Made by a program: the position numbers and the translations under genes. The notes under the pieces were generated by a model. It was not told the DNA's origin. It ran no database searches and saw only the letters and a program-made list of their open reading frames with translations. A stretch of DNA of 64,000 nucleotides, taken from contig CATNEN010000002.1 in the NCBI GenBank assembly GCA_950097015.1, positions 8,742,001-8,806,000 on the forward strand. The letters run 5' to 3'. Numbering within the stretch: the first letter of the stretch is position 1; each line of letters starts with the position of its first letter. The DNA comes from Macrostomum hystrix. Taxonomy: Eukaryota; Animalia; Platyhelminthes. Shown here one piece after another: positions 11,404 through 22,317 of the stretch.

Positions 11404-11450
11404 TATACAATGCCAGTGATAAACGGCTATTCGTACTGCAAAGTTTTAAA

Positions 11451-14093
11451 CCTCTTCCTGCCTAACCAGAATCCATCATTTGTCTGTTTCCGACTGCTTG
11501 GTAAGCAGTGCTTACCATAGATATTTTCTGGCATAGCATGTCACTCCCATTCCTGCCGGCTAGGCTTACTAATCAAGCATGGCTTAAACTGATGCACTAG
11601 ACGGGAAGGAAATGAGCAGCACTACTGCCTTTAGCCAGTAAAGCAGTCTCACTTGCTGCCTGCTTGGTATGCGCTGCTTACCATAGAAATCTGTGCGCAG
11701 CAAGTCCCCTTTACAGTAGGACAAGCTTTCTTACAATAATATTCTGACCATCTTGTTTGTTAGTCTTTTCTCACTAAATTTCTCAGTACGAGCGTACTCA
11801 CTGAAAACCTGCAGTACATGGCTTCTCTCTCTGGGATCGAATACATGACCTCAGACAGTGAAGTGAGCCTCGACTCCTACTTAACAATAGACGAGGAGCC
11901 TGGTGAGGAGGTTGGCATCGAAGACGCACTGAATGGCAATCCTCCAATCATGGAAGAGCCTGAAGGCGAGGAAGGACAGGAGTTCGCAGATGGCGAAGCG
12001 GCTGAAGTTGAGAATGTTTGGCGGCTTGTCGAGCCTGGCTCCGATGAAGGGACAGAAAGTTTTGAATTTACCGGAACTGCTGGCCTAAATCCTAACGTTT
12101 TAATTCCTGACAATGTTGAGCTGGATAAGTCTTTATTTTTACAAATGTTCCTTTCTGATGAGCTTTTCCAACGTCTCGCTGAATGGACGAACGCCAAGGT
12201 GGCCACCATGCTGATGGAGCTGGATCCTGAGACGGACGTCCTTCCACCTATCTTGACTAGCTGGCGGGACTGCACCGCAAGCGAGATGAAAAAGCTAGTC
12301 GGCATGCACCTGTACATGGGCCTGAACAAAAAGTCCGAGCTACATGACTACTGGAGCACAGATGAATTTCACTGCATGCCATACTTTCAGAAGCCCGAGG
12401 CGTTAGCTCGCGATAGATTCAAGCAGCTGCTGACATTTCTGCGCTTCTACGACAGCAGGGAAGAAGCAAGCGCAGATCCACTACTCAAGATTCGTCCATT
12501 TATGAATATGCTGCAAGCTTATTGCAAGAACAACTACAGGCCTGAGTGTGAAGTGAGCATTGACGAGTCCTTGATACTGTTTAAGGGGCGACTTCGTTTT
12601 AAACAGTACATTCCAACAAAGCGGGCCAAGTCCGGAATGAAGATGTACTGTCTGTGTGAGTCCAAGTCTGCTTATCTCTTCAATTTCATAGTGCACTCAA
12701 CTCCAGAAGAAAATCGGAAGTTCGGCTCCACACAGGACTGTGTAAATCTTTCTCTCAGCGAGCGAATCGTAGCTGAGCTGGCCAATGACATTCTGGACCA
12801 AGGGTACAGAATATTTACCGACACCTGGTTTACATCATACAGGTTATCCCAGTTCCTTATTGACCATTCAACGTTCCTGACGGGCACCGTGAGGCCAGAC
12901 CGAGGAGTTCCGGCTCAGCTTCGGCAGGCTGTGGTGGTTCCGAATAATGTAGCTTTCGTGAGGAAGGGACGAGTTCTAATTGTGAAGGCTGTCGAGAGGA
13001 AGCAGAGTGGAGTCAAGACCGTGTATTTGCTGGACACGAAGGACGTTGCGTCAAAGGCCGAGAAAGTCAAGATCAATCGAGCTGGACAACATGTGGCAGT
13101 GCAGAAGAGCCGCAGTGTCTTAACTTACAATCGCTGCATGGGTGGTGTGGACAAGCTAGACGGCACCCTGCAGCCTTATGACGCCGGCAGAAAAACAACA
13201 AAATGGTTCCACAAGCTGGGCTTGCACATGTGCCTTCAAATGGTGCGCAACGCTTGGGTTCTGTACTCCAAGTGTGGTGGCCAGAATACCTTCATCAAAT
13301 ATCTCGAAGCCAGCATCCGCGGGTTAGTAGAGCGAACTGGAAATGGCAGGAAGCGACCGGCTTCCATGCTGCGCTCAGTTGCAGTCGTTGAGCAGCATTT
13401 TCCGGAGAAAATCCCAGGTCGTCCTGCCCAGCCCAGACCTACGAAAAGGTGCAGAATTTGCTACAGTTCTGCCAGGTCCCGGCGCACAATTTATTTCTGC
13501 AGCCGATGTCCAGGATGCCCGGGACTTTGTTTGTTCGATTGCTTCCAACGTTGGCATTCGCAGCGTTGAAGTATCGACAGAATGGACCAGCTTAACACTC
13601 AAACTGACTTAAGTTTTCAGTTTTGCCTCTTGTCTTTAGCTTAAATTTGTTAATGACTATTATTTATTTATTCTAGTTTTGCTAGTTATAGTTTCTGCAT
13701 AGTGTACCAGTCGTACTCTCTGTATGCGCTGGTAAGTTAGATTGGACAGATGTATCGGCTGTTTCGATGCTCTTCTTTGTTCTTTAGTTATTTTTACAAT
13801 ACTACGAGAAAGTTAAGATATTGGAATTCAAATTTATCAGAGCCTTCTTGAACAAAATAGAATGTTTGAACTAAAAGCTATAAAGGAGATGTACAAACAA
13901 CACATAATTAAGAATGTACAAATTAAAATTTATGCTTGTCAGAAAAAAATCTAGAATATTCACGGTAAGCTGTGCTTACCACTGCAGGCAGGAACCGATA
14001 GTATCAATTTAACCATAGAATTCTATCTACTCAAGCCGGCAGGAAGTAAAATTAGGGCTTGGTAAGCACTGCTTACCATCAGTCTTCTCGTGG
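11451..14093 (+). mobile_element. piggyBac DNA transposon, full length (2643 bp)
   Basis: It is absent from the paralogous site at 25129-25132. It is flanked by TAAA (11447-11450) and TTAA (14094-14097), both ends start with CC, and a palindromic 19-bp subterminal repeat occurs at 11499-11517 and 14060-14078. It contains an intact transposase ORF. Confidence 0.93.
11818..13569 (+). CDS. piggyBac-family (PGBD4-like) transposase, 583 aa
   Basis: The N-terminus is acidic. The DDD triad contexts are SIDESLILFKGR, IFTDTWFTSY and YNRCMGGVDKLD. The C-terminal Cys-rich domain is RCRIC...IYFCSRCPGCPGLCLFDCFQRWH. The ORF is uninterrupted. Confidence 0.95.
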   Translation: MASLSGIEYMTSDSEVSLDSYLTIDEEPGEEVGIEDALNGNPPIMEEPEGEEGQEFADGEAAEVENVWRLVEPGSDEGTESFEFTGTAGLNPNVLIPDNVELDKSLFLQMFLSDELFQRLAEWTNAKVATMLMELDPETDVLPPILTSWRDCTASEMKKLVGMHLYMGLNKKSELHDYWSTDEFHCMPYFQKPEALARDRFKQLLTFLRFYDSREEASADPLLKIRPFMNMLQAYCKNNYRPECEVSIDESLILFKGRLRFKQYIPTKRAKSGMKMYCLCESKSAYLFNFIVHSTPEENRKFGSTQDCVNLSLSERIVAELANDILDQGYRIFTDTWFTSYRLSQFLIDHSTFLTGTVRPDRGVPAQLRQAVVVPNNVAFVRKGRVLIVKAVERKQSGVKTVYLLDTKDVASKAEKVKINRAGQHVAVQKSRSVLTYNRCMGGVDKLDGTLQPYDAGRKTTKWFHKLGLHMCLQMVRNAWVLYSKCGGQNTFIKYLEASIRGLVERTGNGRKRPASMLRSVAVVEQHFPEKIPGRPAQPRPTKRCRICYSSARSRRTIYFCSRCPGCPGLCLFDCFQRWHSQR

Positions 14094-14503
14094 TTAACCT
14101 CGGGCGCTACGCGCCCTCGGTTAAAAACATTGCAGCACTCATAGCCGTTTATTACTATATCATTGCTGCATGTTTGAAAAGATCTTGTATTATGTAGCTC
14201 GTATAAAGCTCACTTTAAATATTTTTGCCTTTATTCCAGTGTATTTTTGTATATTAAAAAGTTGCATGGATTAGAAAAACAGCGCAAGATAATATATAAA
14301 ATAATTAACAAACTGCTCATGAGTTTGGATACAGTATTATACGTTGTGATTAAAAATGAAACAGGGCCGAAAACATCTCTCTTTTTTCAGTATTATAGAA
14401 TATGTATTGTTCGTGTTACGAGCTCGTACTATTCAGTTCACTATAGTTAAGCCACTTGCACTCAGAGAATCGTTAGATTTCGCTACTGTCTCCCATGAAT
14501 CTG

Positions 14504-15606
14504 TCAGCGCACCAGACTAAAGAAGTTGCGAATTTCATTCTCTGTCATCGTGTCATTCATGATGGCCACTGACCGGATGGTCCCCTGAAACATCCTGGAG
14601 TCGCCATGTCGATATCCGATTGTGAAGCAGGAGAAGTTCTGGGGTACCGGCGAGAAGATGTTGGACTTGGTGACCAGCGACGGCGGCACGAAGGCAGCGT
14701 TGGAAAAGAATGTAACGTTTATCGGCGCCGAAGTAGTGACGCCGACTTCCACGAAGGCGCTCGAGTTGAAAGTGTTCGTGGACACAGATGTCGTAAACTC
14801 GGCAGTAGTCGGTGCGAACCCGGAGAAGTACAGGCCCCTATTACCTATAATTCCATCCCAGAGGCCGGACCCAACTGTGTGGGTGATGCAGTTGGCATTC
14901 TCCAGAAGCGGACACTCTTTCGGAACGCGTTTGTATCTAATTAGCCAGGTTAGAGCCTGCCCCTGGTTGCCGAAATTCACAGCTTCCAGCTTCATCTTGG
15001 ACGACACTCCGTTGAACTTGGCTCCCTCACTGATGAACTCGACTGACTCCGACTTCCACAGCAGTGTCTGGCCGCACACCAAGTTGCTCTTGCTGGCTTC
15101 CTCATCGTCGCTCATCACCCACGCTGCACGCAGCTTCGAGCCTACACTGCTCATCAGCTTCCTGCTCAGCGTCATGAAGTTGACGGCTCTGGCATTGGCG
15201 AACGCAATGCATCTTTTTGGTGTGCTGATCCCATTGCTGCCTAGGGCATCGATGAGGTGGCACACGGCAATGTACTGGAACAGCGAGCACTGGCGAGTGT
15301 CCGAGTCGAACTGGGCCACCAGCAGGCCGGTCAGTTGGCTGCCATAGAAGACGCACTCGATGTCAGCCCGCGCCGATGCGCCCTGCACCGCCAGAGTCTC
15401 GGCCAGGCAGGTCGCCGTCTCGAGCCTCTGCCACTGAGTCGAGGCGGTGCAGTTGATCAGCCGGGCCAGGCAGACCAGGCCGAGCAGAGCTGCACCTGAA
15501 ACTGAGGCGGCATATTCAAATTATAGTATATAGAGGTATAATGTTCCGTCGATTGAATCAAGGGCCAAAAGGTGCGAAACCTACTTGCACCAGCTCGCTT
15601 TAGCAT
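14504..15606 (-). CDS. Secreted PAN/apple-like + LamG protein, subtype B, copy B1 (~337 aa)
   Basis: Exon 1 is 15606-15585 (ATGCTAAAGCGAGCTGGTGCAA|gtaggt), followed by a phase-1 intron 15584-15496 (tttcag|) and exon 2 at 15495-14504. The spliced N-terminus is MLKRAGASAALLGLVCLARLINCTASTQWQRLETATCLAETL, and the LamG motifs match subtype A. Confidence 0.85.
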
Positions 15607-16768
15607 GTGGGGCCGTTAGAATCCACAGTGTCCGCCACACAGAAACAGAGCTTGCAGGTCTTGCCGTCTCACTACGAATTTGAAGGTTGAAATTATTTTT
15701 TTCTTGCTGGACGTACAAGACCAACGTAACCCAAGCAACCAAGACCCCCCCAGCCAATGATTGTGAGTAGTGAAGAGATGAGTTTACTTGACCTCGATTG
15801 GACCCATCCGCCATTGTAAAAGGACTTTCTGTCAAAAAAGTTAATTTGTTGAAAACAGTCATCCGCCTCGTCGCTTGGAGTGAGAGGATGCCGCAGCAGC
15901 GTCATCCGTATGGCGCCATGCCAACCCACGCGTCGGTCCGCGTTCCCGCGGCTACTGGCAGGCTTGGGAGGGAGTGTTGATGACAAGTTCATTTTTATGC
16001 GGGTCTAAATATGGAGGCACACCAGGCTTCTATTGCTGCCTTTTGTCCATGCTTGATAAAAAACCAACAAGATATACGCAGAACTCAAAGCTTTTTTATA
16101 GAATGTCCTTGCAACGCATAAGCGCAGTAAATTTACCAGAGGATCGCTGCAGATATCGATTTGTTTTTCATGCACAAAGGGGCGTTTTTGCGAGAGGTCC
16201 TGAACTGAGAGCATACTTTGTAGCCAATGACCACTAGGTGCAGATGGACGGGAAACTGCGTTTCCTAGAAAAAGTTTATGAGGCTTGTTTTTCACCGAAA
16301 AATGCGCCATGGTGATCAGACATTTCCACTTTTTCTTCTCAAATCAGTTGACTGCGATTGAATGTGGTTGAATTTTAGTTAATACATGTAATTAAATTAC
16401 ACTCGCTCGACTCGAGAGTTGTGATTAGCTCGTACAAGTATTGTAGTATGTAGTTCCTGTTTAGATTAAAAAGTGTCTAAACTGAATCAAAGTCATAGGA
16501 TTCGTGCTTACTTATGCGTACTCGTACATAGATCGATCTCATCTCTCCCCTGGTTTATCGCTGGCGTAACTACTGTACTAGTCGGTACTGGAAGGCAGGC
16601 CAGTACCGTTGGTTAGCAAAGAGGCTGAGAGCTTTAAATAGACTTGCAAGACTAACTAACAAGCCAGAGGCTGAACGGCACGACTATCAACTGACACACG
16701 GACATGTGCTTGCAGCCCGCGTCAGTGCGACCAGCTGCGACCTACTGAACAGGGCTGGCCTATCTGAC

Positions 16769-18284
16769 ATGGCGTGCAAGGCGGCCTCCTCGGTCCTGAC
16801 GGCTTGCGCGCTGATCTCCGCGCTGAGATTGCTGTAGCAGGGCTCGACCCCCTGCTCGCCACCATCCCCCTAGTCCTCGCCGCCCTGGCTTTCGCCTTGG
16901 CCATCAAGTCCAGCCAATTCCTGGAGCGCCTGCTTCGCTGCATTTTTGTCGTCGGATTCGACCTTGGCGTCGGTGATATTTTCGATTAAATCAACAACTG
17001 CGCCATTCTGTGGCTGAAGTTGGCAGTGCTGGAGTTCTGCCTGACCTCCTGGCTGAGCCGCCTTGTCGCCGATCAGCCGGACAGTTCGAAGGTGGCTCGG
17101 ACGCTGGCCGAGGCCGGCCGGGCCGCGGACGCCGTTGCGGCCGGCCAGCTGACCCGAGCGGAGGCCTGCGACAGGTCGGCGAAGGCCGCCCGCCTTCTCC
17201 GCCTCGCGCACGACTTTCTAGCGGCTCGATTCGCCTTCTCACTATGAAAAGGCGAACTGGAAGATGGCGAGACCGGCGAGATCGACGACTGGCCGGACTT
17301 CGGCTCGAATGCGTCCGAGGCAGTTCTGACAGGTTCTGGTGGACAGATTGAGAAACTTTATGAGCATGTTTGAGCATCTGCTAGCTAGAGATGACTGCTA
17401 CTGTTAGTAGCCATACACGAGTATGAGACTGCTCGCCTCCTGCTCACTTCCTGCTCAACTCAGGCTCTCTGAACTCGGCGCTTTCGCGCCTGCTGCCAGC
17501 GCAGGAGTTTGCGTGCTCCCCGCTGCGCCAGCTGCTGCTGCACTCCCTGCGTGTCAGGCTGTGCAAACCTGCTGTGACATACCTGGCTGAGCTCCTCCTG
17601 CCGCACTGGTTGCTGTCGGCCGGTAAGGCTTCCGACGGCCGAGTCGCTTTGTTTGGCTTGGCTGACGATGACACCGCTGCTGGTGAGGCCGATCTGGCAG
17701 CTGATGGAGACGATGGCACCGAGGAATCGGAGACTGACGAAAGGAGGGATGTCTCCGTAGACTTCAGGAAGGATGTCTCCGTAGACATCAGGAAGGATGT
17801 CTCCGTAGGCTTCAGGAAAGATGTCATCGTAGGCTTCAGGAAGGATGTCTCCGTAGGCTTCAGGAAGGATGTCTCCGTAGGCTTCAGGAAGGATGTCTCC
17901 GTAGGCTTCAGGAAGGCTGTCTCCGTAGGCTTTAGGAAGGCTGTCTCCGTAGGCTTCAGGAAGGATGTCTCCGTAGACTTCAGGAAGGATGTCTCCGTAA
18001 ACATCAGGAAGGATGTCTCCATAGGCTTCAGGAAAGATGTCTCCGTAGGCTTCAGGAAGGATGTCTCCGTAGGCTTCAGGAAGGATGTCTCCGTAGGCTT
18101 CAGGAAGGATGTCTCCGTAGGCTTCAGGAAGGATTTGTCGTTGCGCTTCAGTATGACCTCCTTTAAACTGAATTCAAAACACTTCATGCTATTCAGTCAG
18201 TGTTACTCTTTCGACAGCAGTTCAATTAGCTTCTATCTACCCAAGCCATTAAAGTCTGGAGGACAGCGGCAGCGGCACCTTTGA
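16769..18284 (+). pseudogene. Decayed PXA-domain (SNX13/14/19/25-like sorting nexin) sequence with an N-terminal hydrophobic segment
   Basis: The plus strand gives a TM-like LLATIPLVLAALAFALAI, then D*INN...EFCLTSWLSRLVADQP... After removing a possible phase-1 intron (17333-17463) it continues SEAVLTGSLNSALSRLLPAQEFACSPLRQLLL...KPAVTYLAELLLPHWLL. By eye this resembles the PXA consensus (FVxSWY; LLP..e...R.Ll.e.....P.i..L.dP.wi). Disabling lesions are a frameshift near 16830 and stops at 16987-16989 and 17245-17247. Confidence 0.5.
17742..18134. repeat. 24-bp minisatellite (aggaaggatgtctccgtaggcttc)n
   Basis: About 16 units, in frame with the PXA-like reading (RKDVSVGF repeats). Confidence 0.95.
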
Positions 18285-18371
18285 TGTCGGCGACGCTCAC
18301 GAAGGTGTCAGCGAAGTAGACGACTTCAAGCATTCAAGACAGCCGCTAGTGAGTCTGGGAGTTCGGTGGGA

Positions 18372-19353
18372 TAATGAGAACTTAGAGAAGGGAGTGGGGT
18401 AATGAGAACTTAGAGAAGGGAGTGGGGTAATGAGAACTCAGGGAAGGCAGTGGGGTAATGACAACTCAGGGAAGGGAGTGGGGTAATGAGAACACAGGGA
18501 AGGGAGTGGGGTAATGAGAACACAGGGAAGGGAGTGTGGTAATGACAACTCAGGGAAGGGAGTGGGGTAATGAGAACACATGGAAGGGAGTGTGGTAATG
18601 ACAACTCAGGGAAGGGAGTGTGGTAATGACAACTCAGGGAAGGGAGTGTGGTAATGACAACTCAGGGAAGGGAGTGTGGTAATGACAACTCAGGGAAGGG
18701 AGTGGGGTAATGAGAACACATGGAAGGGAGTGTGGTAATGACAACTCAGGTAAGGGAGTGGGGTAATGAGAACACATGGAAGGGAGTGTGGTAATGACAA
18801 CTCAGGGAAGGGAGTGGGGTAATGAGAACACATGGAAGGGAGTGTGGTAATGACAACTCAGGGAAGGGAGTGGGGTAATGAGAACACATGGAAGGGAGTG
18901 TGGTAATGACAACTCAGGGAAGGGAGTGGGGTAATGAGAACACAGGGAAGGGAGTGTGGTAATGACAACTCAGGGAAGGGAGTGGGGTAATGAGAACACA
19001 TGGAAGGGAGTGTGGTAATGACAACTCAGGGAAGGGAGTGTGGTAATGACAACTCAGGGAAGGGAGTGTGGTAATGACAACTCAGGGAAGGGAGTGTGGT
19101 AATGACAACTCAGGGAAGGGAGTGTGGTAATGACAACTCAGGGAAGGGAGTGTGGTAATGACAACTCAGGGAAGGGAGTGTGGTAATGACAACTCAGGGA
19201 AGGGAGTGTGGTAATGACAACTCAGGGAAGGGAGTGTGGTAATGACAACTCAGGGAAGGGAGTGGGGTAATGGGAACTCAGGGAAGGGAGTGGGGTAATG
19301 AGAACACATGGAAGGGAGTGTGGTAATGAGAACACAGGGAAGGTAGTGGGGTA
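18372..19353. repeat. 28-bp G-rich minisatellite (gggaagggagtg[g/t]ggtaatga[g/c]aac[t/a]ca)n
   Basis: About 35 units. It ends exactly at the segmental-duplication junction. Confidence 0.95.
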
Positions 19354-19550
19354 GCAGCCTTTGTGATGAGTGACGACACGATAAAGAGGCCAGTAAGAGC
19401 AACTTGGTGTGATTTGAGTCGCAGACAGTCTAACTAACAAGCGATGTAGCAAGGTTCAATGGAGTGACATCAAGGATGTGGCTAGAGGGATTTGAGTTCG
19501 CCAACTTGCAGCAACGGCCCGGTGCCCTTAGCGGCCTCATAGAGGGAGAA
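19353..19550 (+). pseudogene. Duplicated part of the inverted PAN-LamG relic
   Basis: Matches 4983-5170. Confidence 0.8.
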
Positions 19551-20225
19551 AATACATTCTAGAATAGACTGGTTTGCTCACTAACTGGGCTGAAAGGAAT
19601 TCCCAGCACAAGTGTTCTTTTGTCTGTGAAGATGCGTTTTGCAATAAATTTTTCAGCCAAGTTTTAGCGTTTCGTCTTGTCACTAAGGCATCTTGCCTTT
19701 AGTGTGATCAAATGGCTAGGCTGTCGGCATGTAAAACAACCATAAGCCTATGGCAACCTGGGGCAACATGAGGCAATGGTCTATTAGCTCGTACGTACGC
19801 TACTGCACGCAGGTATTCATAAATTAGTCTCATAAAATATTAATAAGTTTTCTGTACCCGGAAAAAACTGTCGTAGGAGACGCGCCATTGTTGGCTTCGC
19901 ATTGGCTTCCATTGCAAGCTTCTGGAAATATTTCTCCATTATAGCCACGGTGGAATCGACTGTCGCGCTTTTCATTTTTGGGCATTCTATAAGCTTGTGT
20001 GCATTTTTAACAATTCATGCTCAGTAGATACTGCCTTAGCTGACTGGAGCTGCATCGTATTTAAATTGATGCACTCACGTGCACTCACGCACTTCGAGTC
20101 GACAAGAGGGTTCCGGCCAGTCATGCCAGTGACCAAAGAATTCTGCGAAGCGACTTTGCTTGTTCTCGAATGATTTTCGGGTGACAAGCGAGTTTATTCA
20201 AGTAAAAACTATAGATAAATTACAA

Positions 20226-20454
20226 CAATTGCAGCAGGGCTGCAGGCAATGCCAATCAGCCCTGACTGTCGCATCGTCAGGCAGTGTACACTTTCACTAT
20301 TGTACCGATGAGAATGGACCTCAAAGGCGCAAATTGCACAACAAGCCCACAAGCCCTCTATCTGCCCCAAATGCAAAGTGTGGCTTCGACGTGGAATCGA
20401 GCTCAGGGACCTTGGTGCGAGAGGCACACGCGTTAACCGCTGTGCCACTCACCC
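20226..20454 (-). mobile_element. tRNA-derived SINE copy (duplicate of 6385-6613)
   Basis: Near-identical to 6385-6613. Confidence 0.75.
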
Positions 20455-20709
20455 TAAAAACTCTAGATAAAGAGTACATGAATAAACAATAACCTCTGAT
20501 TATTAAATTCAATGCTGCCACCATTGATACAAAATACAACTTTGCTGAAGAATTGAGAACTCGTTTTACTTTTCTAAGCAAGTAGTTCATTTTTTTAAGT
20601 AACCCTATGGCCCAGGAGTTCAGTAAAGCTCCGTAGCTCGAGGATGATTGTAAGTCAATGCAATGCAAATCAATTCTTTGCAAGAGATGCAAGCCGTCCA
20701 TGTCTGGCG

Positions 20710-21795
20710 TCAGCGCACCAGCCCAAAGAAGCTGCTGATTTCAGCCCCCGTCATGGTGTCGTTCACAATGGCTACGGCCTGTACCGTGCCGTTCAGAATC
20801 CGCGAATCTCCGCGCCGAAATCCCATACGGAGGCAGTAGCAGTTCAGAACAGCAGATCCAGCATATGTGTCAGCATGAGACACACTCGACACCGGCACGA
20901 TTCCCGCCTTGGAGTAGAAGCTCGGGCTCTGCGGCAGCAATGATGTCACCCCAAGCTCGGCAAAGGCGTTCGGGTTATACGTGTTTGTTGCGGAGCCAGT
21001 TATGTATACCTCAGCAGAGTAGTTAAAACGAAAAAAGAGCAAGCCCCAACCGCTTGCGTGTCCATCCCAGAAACCTGCACCAATTGCCATTGTGTCGCAT
21101 GTGTAGGTCTCAAATAGCGTGGCCTCTCTTGGTGTCACCCGCTTCAGTCTTATCAGCCAGGTGAGACCCTGCTTCAAGTTGGCGAACTCGACTCCTTCCA
21201 GCCACATCTTGGACGATACTCCGTTGAACTTGGCTCCCTCTCTGATGAACTCGACTGACTCCGACTTCCACTGCTGCGTCTGGCCGCACACCAAGTTGCT
21301 CTTGCTGGCATGCGAGTCGTCACTCATCACCCAGGCTCCACGCAGCTTTGAGCCCACACTGCTCATCAGCTTCCTGCTCAACATCATGAATTTGACGGCT
21401 CTAGCATTGGCGAATGCAGCACAGCTGTGGAGTGTGTTGATCCCATTGCTGGCTAGTGCATCGATGAGGTGGCACATAGCAATGTATTGGAACAGGGCGC
21501 ACTGGCGAGTGTCCGCGTCGAACTGGACAACCAACAGACCATCCGTTTTCTCCGCAGCGAGAGCGCAATGGTGAACAGAGCTTAATGGGGCCGTCCAAAA
21601 TGCCAGAGAGTCGCTCAGGCACTGCTTCGTCTCCAGTCTGAGCCAGTTTAAGCGACACGTGCAGCTGGTTGAAGTCACCAGGCATGCAATAGCGATCAGG
21701 GCAAGGTCTGCAGCGTGTAATTTATTTAATCCAATCAGTTTCTCAATTTGCAATTATACTAAAAAAGCAGTAGTGTGCTCACTTGTGATTAACAT
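20710..21795 (-). CDS. Secreted PAN/apple-like + LamG protein, subtype A, copy A3 (~336 aa)
   Basis: Exon 1 is 21795-21783, the intron is 21782-21708 and exon 2 is 21707-20710. It is the segmental duplicate of A2, with a few substitutions (e.g. K>M, P>R, D>N and an A1-like tract). Confidence 0.85.
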
Positions 21796-22317
21796 GATCC
21801 TTGCTTCGTTTTTTTAGCCTTTAGGCCTTCAGAAGGTATCCAGAAACGTTTCCCCTGTTCTACAGATTTTTCTACTTTTTCTACAGATTGTTCTTCTTTT
21901 TACTCGTAATGGTTCGAAGGGTCGTCGCGTTTCCGTTTGCTATTGTTTGTAACCTCTTGGCATGTTCTCCGATGCTGTGTATTTTCTGCAGTCTCTAATG
22001 AAGCCAGCTGCTACGTCTTTTTGCTATGCAACAATTTGTTCCGCAGCTTGACCGCCAATCAAGCGACCTGCCTAATCATGAAAGAAATTTCCCTGGGCCT
22101 TTACTTCACGCTTTTGTCTAGAATTTTTGAATCTTTCATTGTTAAGCTTAAAGGACTGATACTTTGATGGCCTGTCGTTAACATCACAGCTTTTTAGTTG
22201 CTAAGAAATTTGACAGTATTTAGCTTAAAACTTTTTGTCTAGTTCTGCAACTGTGTGGCTCGTAATAACACAGCAGCGACTTTGGCGCGCTGTTGAAAAC
22301 AAAAGGCTGCCTTCAGC

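Larger units (their letters stand above)
4983..19353. repeat. Tandem segmental duplication, copy 1 (~14.4 kb)
   Basis: Near-identical to 19353-29194, apart from the piggyBac insertion, a ~529-bp segment (5171-5699), the unique segment ~18135-18371 and minisatellite length changes. Confidence 0.95.
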
